Origin: Planctomycetota bacterium
GTDB taxonomy: Bacteria > Planctomycetota > GCA-002687715 > CAIWVZ01
Direction: 5' to 3'
Length of the DNA: 64,000 nucleotides
Assembly (NCBI GenBank): GCA_044222185.1
Contig: JBGANV010000005.1
Location: forward strand, 64,001 to 128,000
The notes under the pieces were generated by a model. That model made no database searches. It had not been told where the DNA came from and worked only from the letters and a program-made list of their open reading frames with translations. Below are positions 9,677 to 19,153 of the stretch, one piece after another. Both the position numbers and the translations under genes were made by a program. Numbering within the stretch: the first letter of the stretch is position 1; each line of letters starts with the position of its first letter.

Positions 9677-10424
9677 GGAGGTTGGGTTTCCCGCTGGCGA
9701 TCTGCCGCTCGACGTGCCCGCGCATACGCCGAGCCTTCGCGCGGACGAGACGGGCGAAGGCGCGCCACTTCCACCGAGAGACGGGGCCAAGGTAGCGGCG
9801 AAGGAACGCGAGCCGCGCACGGTCCGAGGCCACACGGGCCGGCGTCGAGAAGTCGAGGCCGGCGAGATCCTTGATGCGCGCGAGCCAGCCGAGCCGCCTC
9901 ATGGAGCGTGCGCGCCCGAAGTCGGTCCAATACAGGCGGTCGTCGGCAGCGACGAGCACGTGGCCCAGGTAGCAGTCGCGATGCTGGACACCTGCCGCGT
10001 GCAGGCGCCGCAATCGCTCCGCGAGCTGGCGTCCGAACTGCGCCGTGACCTGTGGTGATGCGGGCTCACCGCCGCACAGCCGGGCCTCGAGCGTGCTCAC
10101 GACGGGCAACGCACGGGTGATCATCGCCGCGAACGCATCGTCGGCACCCACGGCGACGACCTCGGCGACGGGCTCGCCGCACTGGGCCAGTTGCCCCACG
10201 ATGGCCGCTTCGTGTGGAATCTCGTGCGCAGCCGGGCCCGTGATCCGCTTGAGGAAGTACCCGGCGCCACCCGCGGAGAACCGCAAGGTTTCGCGGCCAG
10301 GCACCAACGCCTTCACGACCGCGTCGGGAACGAACGTCCGGCACGCCTCGAGTGACGTCAGGCCGCGCGTCGCCAGGGCGTCCTGGTGTTCGGGCTTGAC
10401 GAAGAACGGGACGCGGCGCGCCAT
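9663..10424 (-). CDS. Lipopolysaccharide kinase (Kdo/WaaP/InaA family)
   Basis: YFLKR, HRDCYLGHVL, TDFGRA, KDLAGLDFS. Confidence 0.85.
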   Translation of the reverse strand: MARRVPFFVKPEHQDALATRGLTSLEACRTFVPDAVVKALVPGRETLRFSAGGAGYFLKRITGPAAHEIPHEAAIVGQLAQCGEPVAEVVAVGADDAFAAMITRALPVVSTLEARLCGGEPASPQVTAQFGRQLAERLRRLHAAGVQHRDCYLGHVLVAADDRLYWTDFGRARSMRRLGWLARIKDLAGLDFSTPARVASDRARLAFLRRYLGPVSRWKWRAFARLVRAKARRMRGHVERQIASGKPNLHVNR

Positions 10425-10470
10425 GGGCTGCGATTGTCTCAGTCCGCATCCGACGGACCAAGCAACCGCA

Positions 10471-11994
10471 TCACCCGCGGGGCGCGCGCGCAAGCGCGCG
10501 GCGCAGAGGCGCTTCACCCGCGGTGGTCGACCAGCCGAAGTACCCGGCGAGAACCTCCTCCACCGCGGCGTCCGAGCCACCGGCGTCGTGACGGATGTCC
10601 CGGATCAGCCGCCCCAGGTTGTGCGCCCGGCGCGCGATTCCCATGACACCGCGGACGCTCACTCCATCCAGATCCACGAGCCAGGGCGTCCCCCGCTCGT
10701 CGACGACGATGTTGTTGGCCTTCAGATCCCGGTGGTCGATGCGGAACGCATGGAGTCTGGCGATCAGCCTGCCGACCTCGCGCAGCAGCCAGCGCGACGC
10801 GCCGGTCGACCGCACGAGTTCGCCCAGGTGACGGGCGCCTCGAACTTCCTCCGCGACCAGGTAGCCGTGGATCACCAGGCCCATCCGCCTCAGCTCGCCA
10901 GCGGCAAATACGCGTGGCGTCCGGATGCCGAGCGCCTCGAGCAGGATCGACATGGAGAACGTGCGGCGGACACGCCCGGGCCTCACACGATCCAGCACGA
11001 CGTTGCGCCGTCGCTTCTGGTCGCTTCGCTTCACCACGAACGGCGGCCAGCGCACGACCACGCCCGTGCGCCCCGATTTGAGGACATCCTTCGCGGCGCG
11101 GATGCACCGCTCCGGATCGGCCAGGACCGCGGCCAAGGGCTCGGACGACGCGTCCTGCCGGAGCATCCACGAGACTCCGCCGCTCGTCTGCGAGCGGACG
11201 CGCCGATCGCCGTGGATCGCTCCTGCCGCCTTCTGCAACCCGCGGCGCAAGAGCGCGGCCTCCCCGTCGCGACGGGCACGCGCCAGGGCCGCCCGCCAGG
11301 GAGGCGTCGCGACGAGGTCCGCTCCATAGGCATCGAGGAAGCGGTGCGCGTCGATCGTCGACACGACCGTCGTCACGGCTGGGATGAGCCGCGCGATCGC
11401 GACGGCTCGAGCGCGGAGGTCGCGCGGATCGAGCTCGTCGACGCGACGCAGATCGACGATCGTGATGTGGTCCCTGGCGTCCACCAGGAAGTTGCCCAGG
11501 TGAGGATCGCCCAGGGCCAACCCCGCGTCGTGCAGCTTGCGGAAGAGTCGCCCCATGGCGGAGATCAACGCACGCCGGCGCTCGGCCGGCCAGGACGGGA
11601 GCTGGCAGACGAGATCACGCATCTCGACGACCTCTCCCAGATCCCGCGACACGAACACATGAGAGACTCGCCCTTGCGATCGCTCGACTCCGGCGGCGAG
11701 CGGTTCGACCGCGGCGACGCCGGCCGCGCGCACGCGGAGTGCGTTGTCGAACTCGACCGCCGCTGGCGATCGCGCGAACGTCCGGCCGACGACTTCCAAT
11801 CCCCGTGCGAGGTAGTGCTTGACGACGACACGCCCGCCGTCGGCGAGGACCACGCGCTCGACCACTCTCGATCGCGTGCGCTTCAGCTCGGAAGTGGAAG
11901 CGACGAGCGTCGGTGGCAGGAAGCGGCCACCGTCGAACAGGCGGCGGTCCCATGTCTCGGCGAGGCGCCAGCGCGGTGAAGGGCGGGAAGTCAC
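10471..11994 (-). CDS. Tandem two-domain LPS kinase (InaA/WaaP-like)
   Basis: Two kinase-like modules: VVKHY...LGDPHLGNFL...VDL and VVKR...HRDLKANNIV...VDLDG. Confidence 0.8.
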   Translation of the reverse strand: MTSRPSPRWRLAETWDRRLFDGGRFLPPTLVASTSELKRTRSRVVERVVLADGGRVVVKHYLARGLEVVGRTFARSPAAVEFDNALRVRAAGVAAVEPLAAGVERSQGRVSHVFVSRDLGEVVEMRDLVCQLPSWPAERRRALISAMGRLFRKLHDAGLALGDPHLGNFLVDARDHITIVDLRRVDELDPRDLRARAVAIARLIPAVTTVVSTIDAHRFLDAYGADLVATPPWRAALARARRDGEAALLRRGLQKAAGAIHGDRRVRSQTSGGVSWMLRQDASSEPLAAVLADPERCIRAAKDVLKSGRTGVVVRWPPFVVKRSDQKRRRNVVLDRVRPGRVRRTFSMSILLEALGIRTPRVFAAGELRRMGLVIHGYLVAEEVRGARHLGELVRSTGASRWLLREVGRLIARLHAFRIDHRDLKANNIVVDERGTPWLVDLDGVSVRGVMGIARRAHNLGRLIRDIRHDAGGSDAAVEEVLAGYFGWSTTAGEAPLRRALARAPRG

Positions 11995-12812
11995 GGGGCG
12001 TGGTTTCGGGGCGGCGCGGTGTCGTCGTCGGTCTGGAAGCCGGACGCCGAGGGGGCCTGCGGGGGACGTTCATCCGCGACATGGCAGGGCGGGAGTCCTG
12101 CCGCCCGGCCAGGTGGAGCCTGGCGCTCCCATTTTTCGAGGTAGATCGGGCGGTTTGCCGACTGCACGGCAGCGGCGTCGAGGGAGTTGGCGCGGAACGT
12201 GGCATGGGCTTCGTGCCACACCCACGAGGATCCGTCGATGACGAGGCGAAACCCCGCGGCGCGGGCGCGGCGACAGAAGTCGTCGTCTTCGAACGTGCCG
12301 ATGCCGAACCGCTCGTCGAGCGTGCCGATGGCATCGAACACCGCGCGCCGGATCATCACGCAGAAGAACGAGAGGTAGTCGACCTCACCGCGGCGCCGGA
12401 ACGGCCGCGGGAACCGATCGAACCACACGCGGTGACGTTGCCGGCCCTTCGCCCGGTTGGTGCACGGTCCGACCATGCCGGCGCCCGAGCGGTCGAGCGT
12501 CCGAAGCAACGACCTCATCCAGCCACGAGTGACGAAAGCGTCCGTGTTGAGAAGCACGATCGGGTCGCCGCTGGCGACCGCGAGACCCGCGTTGTTGCCG
12601 CCGGCGAACCCGCGGTTCTCCGGGAGGAACACCGTCTTCGTCGACGCGTCCTCCAACGATCGCGCCACGTCGACAGATCCGTCCACGCTGCCGTTGTCGA
12701 CGATCACGAGCTCGAACGGTGGCTCGGTGTGTCGTCGCACGTCGGCGACGCACCGCGCCAGCAGTTCGCGCGTGTTCCAGTTCACGACGATGATCGAAGG
12801 TCGCGCCGTCAC
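11991..12812 (-). CDS. Glycosyltransferase family 2
   Basis: SIIVVNWN, VDNGSVDG, NRGFAGGNN, LLNTD, FEDDDFC; GTG start overlaps upstream stop. Confidence 0.9.
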   Translation of the reverse strand: MTARPSIIVVNWNTRELLARCVADVRRHTEPPFELVIVDNGSVDGSVDVARSLEDASTKTVFLPENRGFAGGNNAGLAVASGDPIVLLNTDAFVTRGWMRSLLRTLDRSGAGMVGPCTNRAKGRQRHRVWFDRFPRPFRRRGEVDYLSFFCVMIRRAVFDAIGTLDERFGIGTFEDDDFCRRARAAGFRLVIDGSSWVWHEAHATFRANSLDAAAVQSANRPIYLEKWERQAPPGRAAGLPPCHVADERPPQAPSASGFQTDDDTAPPRNHAP

Positions 12813-13690
12813 GACGTCGCCTTCTTCGCGCGCACCGTGTTGCGCATCCACCACGCGCGCAGGTTCCAGGGCTGGAGCGTTCGCACCCGATCGAAGTGTC
12901 GGGCAGCCTCCCGCGCCATCCCCCATCGCCGGTACGTGCGCGCAGCCGTGAAGTGGACGCGCGCGAGCCTCCGTCGAATGACGTCGGGTGGAAGCACGCG
13001 TCGAGCCCGCGGGTCCTCGCTGAACGCGTCGAGCACGCGACACTTGCACTCGAGGCTCTCCGGGTTCTCCTCGTGTGCGAGCGATTCGGAGTGGACGCGC
13101 CTCACGAACAGCGGCTCGGCGACGAGGAGGAACGGCGTTTCCAGGCTGGCGCGCAGCCACAGGTCGTAGTCCTCGCACACGCGCAGATCCTCGCGGAATC
13201 CGCCAAGCGATTCGAACAGCGCACGGTCGACGAACACGCTCGGCGTGTGGACGAAGACGTGCTCGAAGAGGATCGCCGTGATGCGGCCGCCATGTACGGG
13301 TTTCTGGTGGCCCGCGATGGGCCGACCCTCGCGGTCGACGGCGCGGCTGTCACAGAAGACGAGGCGGGCCGTTCCATCGCGACGCAGCGCCGCGATCTGC
13401 TTCTCGAGTTTCGTGGGTTCCCACAGATCGTCGGAGTCGAGGAACGCGAGCCAATCGCCCGTCGCCGCGCGGACGCCGGCGTTTCGCGCGGCGGCGGCAC
13501 CACCGCGGCGACGGCGCACGAGGCGAACGCGGTCGCCGAGCGCTTCGAGCCGCGCCACGGTGTCGTCAGTCGATCCGTCGTCGACGACGATCACCTCGTC
13601 CGCGGGTCGGGTCTGTGCGAAGACCGAGCCGAGGGCTTCGAGGAGCAAGCCGGCCCGGTTCCAGGTCGGGATGACGACCGACACGCGCAT
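12809..13690 (-). CDS. Glycosyltransferase family 2
   Basis: VSVVIPTWN, VDDGSTD, ARNAG, FLDSDD, EDYDLWLR. Confidence 0.92.
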   Translation of the reverse strand: MRVSVVIPTWNRAGLLLEALGSVFAQTRPADEVIVVDDGSTDDTVARLEALGDRVRLVRRRRGGAAAARNAGVRAATGDWLAFLDSDDLWEPTKLEKQIAALRRDGTARLVFCDSRAVDREGRPIAGHQKPVHGGRITAILFEHVFVHTPSVFVDRALFESLGGFREDLRVCEDYDLWLRASLETPFLLVAEPLFVRRVHSESLAHEENPESLECKCRVLDAFSEDPRARRVLPPDVIRRRLARVHFTAARTYRRWGMAREAARHFDRVRTLQPWNLRAWWMRNTVRAKKATS

Positions 13691-13733
13691 GAGGCGAGGT
13701 TCTACCACGGCGCGTCGGTGCGACGCAGCGGCA

Positions 13734-16154
13734 TCACTCGAACGTCCACTCCAGGATGCCTGACGAGAATTCGGGCCGGCTCGTGACCTCGATCCGGAGC
13801 GCCGTGGTCTTGATCGGCGCGATGGAGATCGTGTTCACGGTGTCTTTCGCGACGCCGAACGTCCCGCCGCCAATCGGTGTCGCGTCCTTCCACGTCGCGC
13901 CATCCTTCCACTGGAGCTTCCACGACGACGGCACGCGGCAACCGCCGCGGGGGCCATCATCGAACCAGTAGACGCCGGCCTTCGCGAGCGTCCGCGGTGC
14001 GTCGAACGCGACGGTCACCCATTCGGTCGTGCCCCGGTGATCCCAGAACGTCAGTCGCGGGATCGAATGATCGCTCGACGACTTGGGAAGCTGCCCGTCG
14101 TGGACGGCCGTGACCGTGTCATTCGGGTAGCAGTGCGACGCCTTCACGCGCACGCCGTTCACGAGCTTCGTCCCGACCTGGTCCGGGCGTTGCGCGACCT
14201 CCGGCGTCTCCGCGATCCAGACCTGCATGGAGCTCTTCCCGCGGTTGTTCCACGCGAAGTAGGGAATGGCGGTCAGCTTGTCGGGCGCAACGTCGAAGCC
14301 GACGGATTCGCCGTGCAGTTCCACGTCCCACCCGCGGCCCATTGCCTGGATCACGATCCCGTTCTCGTGCGCGAGCACCTCGACCTGCTTGAGCCCGGCC
14401 TCGAGGTCGCGCATCGCCGTGAGCTTGGCGTCGCTGGGCAGACTCAAGACCTGCACGTTCCCGCCGCCGTGGTCGACCCCTTCGAGGCAGTACACGAGCG
14501 GACCCCGCATCAGGGCCACGCGACCGCGGTTCGCCTCCACCTCCGGACGGGCGTAGACCCGGCTCGGCACCATGGGCAACGCCAGGCCCACGAGGTCACC
14601 TTCGTTCCACTCGCGGCTGATGGTGACGAAGCCGCGGGCGCGCATCGTCTGCACGGGAGCGCCGTTCACCGTGACTCCAAAAGCGCTCCCGGCCCATTCG
14701 GGGATACGCAGCCGCAGGTCGAACGTCGTCCGCTGCGCCATCTTCAGCGTCAACGCCACCTGGCCCGACCACGGATAGTCCGTGCGTTGTTCGATCGTGA
14801 CCGTCGCCGAATCGAGCGCGACCGTCGCACGGCTCGCGACGTACAGGACGACGTCGAGCTGGTTGCCTCGCCGCGCGTAGATGCGCTCACCGAGCGCGGG
14901 CAGGTAGCGGACGATGTTGGTCGGGCAGCACGAGCAACCGAACCACGGCACGCGCTCGTGTTGCCCCAGGCTCTCGAGCGGGTTGTCGTAGAAGAAGCGA
15001 TCGCCGCTCGTGGAAACGCCCGAGAGCAGCCCGTTGTAGATCTCCCGTTCGAGGACATCGGCATACTTGCCATCGCCCGTGAGCAGGTACATGCGGTGAT
15101 TCCACAACGCCATCCCGATGGCGGCGCAAGTCTCGCAGTACGCCGTGTCGTTCGGCAGATCGAACGCCGTCGTGAAGCCCTCGTTGCTCGCGGACGTTCC
15201 GATTCCGCCCGTGAGGTACATCTTCGTCCCGACGAGGTCCTTCCAGACCGCCTCGAGCGCCTCCATCAGCGAAGCGTCGTTCGTCGCCGCGGCCACGTCG
15301 GCCATGCCGCAGTAGAGGTACATCGCACGTACGGCGTGCCCCACGACCACGGTCTGCTCGCGAACGGGTTTGTGGTCCTGGGCGTACTCGCCGTGAAGCT
15401 CGCGGCCGTTCGCGTGTCCGCGCTGGTCGATGAAGTACTTGGCGAGCGTCAGGTACTTCGCATCACCGGTACGCTTCCACAGCTTGACGAGCGCGAGCTC
15501 GAGTTCTTCGTGGCCTGGGCAGTCGTGCCGCTTGTCGGGTCCGAAGACGGAGTCGATGTGATCGGCGAACCGTCGCGCGACGTCCAACAACTTCGTCTTG
15601 CCCGTCGCCTCCGCATACGCGACGGCAGCCTCGATGAGGTGGCCGGCGCAGTACATCTCGTGGCCGTGGTGGATGTTCGTCCACCGCTGGCCTGGCTTCA
15701 CCACGGTCCAGTAGGTGTTGAGGTAGCCGTCCTTCTGCTGCGCCGCTGCGATCAGATCGATGATCGCGTCGATGCGCTTCTCGAGGTTCCCGTCGCGGGC
15801 GAGGGCGAGCGAGTAGGCCGCGCCTTCGAGCACCTTGTAGACGTCCGAGTCGTTGTAGAGCGCTCCCTCGTGTGGGGCCTTCACGAGCCCGGCGCACACG
15901 GCGAAGTTGCGGATCCGGTTCGTCTCCTCGCACTGCTTCAGGTTCGCTTCCAGCGTCACCGTGCGGTTGGTGCGCAGTCGGGGGAGCCAGAACGTCTCGT
16001 CCGTGATGGTCACGTCGCGAAACGGAACGGCTGAGAGGCGCGGACCCGAGGCCGCGGCGGCGGGGCGCGAGTCCTGCGCCCCCATCGAGCCGACCGCACA
16101 CGCGACGACGACGAAAAAGCGCGCCCATCCGACGGTTCCACGAACACGACCCAT
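13734..16154 (-). CDS. Secreted GH127 beta-L-arabinofuranosidase-like glycoside hydrolase with C-terminal discoidin/CBM-like domain
   Basis: DSDVYK, HEMYCAGH, GHEELELAL, GHAVRA, ETCAAIG, CSCCP, RGPLVYC; signal peptide. Confidence 0.9.
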   Translation of the reverse strand: MGRVRGTVGWARFFVVVACAVGSMGAQDSRPAAAASGPRLSAVPFRDVTITDETFWLPRLRTNRTVTLEANLKQCEETNRIRNFAVCAGLVKAPHEGALYNDSDVYKVLEGAAYSLALARDGNLEKRIDAIIDLIAAAQQKDGYLNTYWTVVKPGQRWTNIHHGHEMYCAGHLIEAAVAYAEATGKTKLLDVARRFADHIDSVFGPDKRHDCPGHEELELALVKLWKRTGDAKYLTLAKYFIDQRGHANGRELHGEYAQDHKPVREQTVVVGHAVRAMYLYCGMADVAAATNDASLMEALEAVWKDLVGTKMYLTGGIGTSASNEGFTTAFDLPNDTAYCETCAAIGMALWNHRMYLLTGDGKYADVLEREIYNGLLSGVSTSGDRFFYDNPLESLGQHERVPWFGCSCCPTNIVRYLPALGERIYARRGNQLDVVLYVASRATVALDSATVTIEQRTDYPWSGQVALTLKMAQRTTFDLRLRIPEWAGSAFGVTVNGAPVQTMRARGFVTISREWNEGDLVGLALPMVPSRVYARPEVEANRGRVALMRGPLVYCLEGVDHGGGNVQVLSLPSDAKLTAMRDLEAGLKQVEVLAHENGIVIQAMGRGWDVELHGESVGFDVAPDKLTAIPYFAWNNRGKSSMQVWIAETPEVAQRPDQVGTKLVNGVRVKASHCYPNDTVTAVHDGQLPKSSSDHSIPRLTFWDHRGTTEWVTVAFDAPRTLAKAGVYWFDDGPRGGCRVPSSWKLQWKDGATWKDATPIGGGTFGVAKDTVNTISIAPIKTTALRIEVTSRPEFSSGILEWTFE

Positions 16155-16333
16155 GGCGAGGACCTCCGGCGGCGAGGTTACCAGTCGGCCTGCGCGTCCG
16201 GCCGCCGGTCCGACTTCCGCTCGCGGGCGACGGCGGTCGATCTTGAGCGTGGGCGCCAGTGCCACCCGGCTTCGGGAAGGGTTCCCGAACACCTCAAACG
16301 GCCTTGTTGACTTTTTGACGCGCGAACTGCACC

Positions 16334-16798
16334 ATGCCGTCCACAAAGCAACAAAAGCCGCTGATGCCCGCCACCTCGACGCCCACCAAGACCAAGTTGG
16401 AACTTCATAAGTCTTCCGTGAAGGCAGGCGGCGTCGTCGTCCGGCAGTCGCACGGCGAACACCAGGTCCTTCTGGTGACCTCCCGCTCGCGTCCGGGCCG
16501 CTGGATCCTCCCCAAGGGAAGCGCCGAACCCGGTGAGACGGCGGAAGATACGGCGACCCGCGAGATCGCTGAGGAAGCCGGCGTGAAGGGAACGATGGTG
16601 CGCCACCTCGGCGTGGTGCGCCGGCCGAGCCAGGAGATCACGTTCTTTCTCTACCGTTTTGCCGATGACGTGACCTGGCTCGAGAACCGGATCCGCGAGC
16701 GCCGCTGGGTGGAACTGCGAAAGGCCGAACGCTATCTCCGGCAGTCCGATCTGCACGACATCGTTCTCGCCGCCCGACGCGCCCTCGGCGTCGCGTGA
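16334..16798 (+). CDS. Nudix hydrolase (DIPP/polyphosphate-type)
   Basis: WILPKG followed by Nudix box GSAEPGETAEDTATREIAEEAG. Confidence 0.9.
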   Translation: MPSTKQQKPLMPATSTPTKTKLELHKSSVKAGGVVVRQSHGEHQVLLVTSRSRPGRWILPKGSAEPGETAEDTATREIAEEAGVKGTMVRHLGVVRRPSQEITFFLYRFADDVTWLENRIRERRWVELRKAERYLRQSDLHDIVLAARRALGVA

Positions 16799-16804
16799 GC
16801 GCCG

Positions 16805-16831
16805 GGGTGACCCGGCGCGCCGGAGTCACCC
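16805..16831 (+). promoter_or_regulatory. Stem-loop covering the ppk1 ribosome-binding site
   Basis: gggtgac-c-ccggcgcgccgg-a-gtcaccc inverted repeat; contains GGAG at 16822-16825 and ends 4 nt before ATG 16835. Confidence 0.5.
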
Positions 16832-16834
16832 GCC

Positions 16835-19018
16835 ATGGCATCGTCCGAGACCCGATACCCGCCCGACGCTTACACCAACCGTGAGCTGAGCTGGCTCGAC
16901 TTCAACGGTCGCGTGCTGGAGGAGGCCCGGGATCCCGTCAACCCGCTGCTCGAACGGGTGAAGTTCCTGGCCATCAGCGCCAGCAACCTGGACGAGTTCT
17001 TCGAGGTGCGCGTCGCGGGCGTGAGCCAGGCGGCGATCGACGACCTGGACCAGGCGGGGCCTGACGGCCTGAACCCGCGGGAGCTTCTCAGCCTCATCTG
17101 CCAACGCGTGAACAAGTTCGTCACGGAGCAGTACCGGGTGTGGAACGAGGAGCTGCGGCCGGCACTCTCCACGGCGGGCCTGGTCGTCGGCGGCAACGAG
17201 AGCATCTGGCAGCAGCACGAGGAGCAGCTCTGGCGGTACGTCACGGAACGGCTGAACCCCGTTCTCACGCCCCTCGCGATCGACCCGGCGCACCCGTTTC
17301 CCCGCATGGAGAACAAGGTGCTGTGCGTCGCCGGGCTGATCCGACGCCCGGGCCAGGTGGGGAACAAGCTCGCGGTCGTGATGATCCCCCGCATCCTCCC
17401 CCGCCTCGTGCCCGTGCGCGACGCCGACGCCCCGACCTTCGTGTTCGTGGGCGAGATCGTGCGCCACTTCTTCGCGCGGCTGTTTCCAGGCTATGAGGTC
17501 CAGGGCACGGCCGAGTTCCGCGTCACGCGCAACAGCAACCTCTACGTGAACGAGGACGAGTCGGACAACCTGCTCGAGGCCATCAGCGAGGAGCTGCGGC
17601 AGCGGCGCCGGGGTGATGCGGTCAGGCTCGAGCTCACGAGCGATGCGCCGCGGGAGCTGGAGCAGAACCTCATTCACGCGCTCGATCTCGCGGACGAGCT
17701 CGTGTTCCGCGTGAACGGGCCCGTGAACCTGCATCGGCTCATGAGCTTCTACGCGGCGGCGCCGCGAGCGGAGCTGAAGTACCCCACGTTCCAGCCCGTG
17801 GAGCCGCCGGCCATCGGTGAGGGAATTCCGTACTTCGAGCGGATCCGTGAACAGGATCAGCTCCTCCACCACCCTTTCGATTCCTTCAACCCGATCGCGG
17901 GCATGCTGCAATCGGCGGCGACCGATCCGCGCGTGCTCGCCATCAAGATCACGCTCTATCGGACGGGTGATGACTCGCCGGTCGTCAACGCGCTTCTCGC
18001 CGCCGCGCGCGCCGGCAAGCAGGTGACGGCGGTCGTCGAGCTGAAGGCGCGGTTCGACGAAGAGACGAACATCCAGTGGGCCCGCAAGATGGAGGAGGCG
18101 GGCGTGCAGGTGGTCTACGGCCTCGTCGGTCTGAAGACGCACTGCAAGATGTGCATCATCGTCCGCGACGATGGCGATCGCCTCCGCCGCTATGCACACC
18201 TGGGCACGGGCAACTACAACCCGTCCACCGCCAAGCTCTACACCGATCTCAGCCTCATCACCGCGCGGGACGACATCACGGACGACATCGCCGAGGTGTT
18301 CAACCTGCTCACGTCCCACAGTCGCCCCGAGCGCTTGAAGAAGCTCGTGGTGGCGCCCGATCACATGCTCGGGACGCTGCTCAAGCTGATCGAGAACGAG
18401 ACGAAGGAGGCCCGCAGTGGCCGGCCGGCCCGCATCGTCGCCAAGACCAACGCCCTCGTCGATCCCGACATCATCAACGCGCTCTACGACGCGTCTCGCG
18501 CCGGAGTCGAGGTCGACCTGATCGTCCGCGGTGTCTGCTGTCTGCGCCCTGCCGTTCCGGGCCTGTCCGATCGCATTCGCGTCCGCTCGATCGTCGGGCG
18601 GTTCCTCGAGCACAGCCGGATCTATTGGTTCCACGCCGCGGGCGCGAGCCGCCTTCTCGTCGGCAGCGCCGACCTTATGCCCCGCAACCTCCGCGGACGC
18701 GTCGAGGTGCTCTTCCCCATCGAAGACCCATCTCTCGCCAAGATCGCCCGCGACGAGATCCTCGCGACCTACCTGGAGAACCGCCCCAAAGTGCGCGTCC
18801 TCGGCGCCGACGGCGTCTACCGCCCGATCCCGCGCGAGCAGTGGACCGACGACCGTGACCCCCACACCGTCTTCATGCAGCGCGTCCAAAAACAGGTCGC
18901 CCAGCACCTGCGCGTCGTCGAAGAAGGCCCGCCGAAGAAGGCCCGCCCCCGCCGCAAGCGCACGATGAAGTCCGACCCGCCCAGCGAGCCGCAGCAGCCG
19001 CGGGATGATGTGGCGTAG
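16835..19018 (+). CDS. ppk1: Polyphosphate kinase 1
   Basis: NRELSWLDFNGRVL, SNLDEFFEVRV, HHPFDSF, ELKARFDEE, KTHCK, GRFLEHSR, SADLMPRN. Confidence 0.97.
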   Translation: MASSETRYPPDAYTNRELSWLDFNGRVLEEARDPVNPLLERVKFLAISASNLDEFFEVRVAGVSQAAIDDLDQAGPDGLNPRELLSLICQRVNKFVTEQYRVWNEELRPALSTAGLVVGGNESIWQQHEEQLWRYVTERLNPVLTPLAIDPAHPFPRMENKVLCVAGLIRRPGQVGNKLAVVMIPRILPRLVPVRDADAPTFVFVGEIVRHFFARLFPGYEVQGTAEFRVTRNSNLYVNEDESDNLLEAISEELRQRRRGDAVRLELTSDAPRELEQNLIHALDLADELVFRVNGPVNLHRLMSFYAAAPRAELKYPTFQPVEPPAIGEGIPYFERIREQDQLLHHPFDSFNPIAGMLQSAATDPRVLAIKITLYRTGDDSPVVNALLAAARAGKQVTAVVELKARFDEETNIQWARKMEEAGVQVVYGLVGLKTHCKMCIIVRDDGDRLRRYAHLGTGNYNPSTAKLYTDLSLITARDDITDDIAEVFNLLTSHSRPERLKKLVVAPDHMLGTLLKLIENETKEARSGRPARIVAKTNALVDPDIINALYDASRAGVEVDLIVRGVCCLRPAVPGLSDRIRVRSIVGRFLEHSRIYWFHAAGASRLLVGSADLMPRNLRGRVEVLFPIEDPSLAKIARDEILATYLENRPKVRVLGADGVYRPIPREQWTDDRDPHTVFMQRVQKQVAQHLRVVEEGPPKKARPRRKRTMKSDPPSEPQQPRDDVA

Positions 19019-19153
19019 CAACCAAGACGCACTCGCCTGCGTGCCAACCAGCGGCGCTTGCGCCGAACCGATCCACATCAGTGCCGCGCTCGTTGACGTC
19101 GGAGCCGAATCGCCCCATGATCCTCGCGCCAAGTACGAGGAGGGCGCAGCGAG

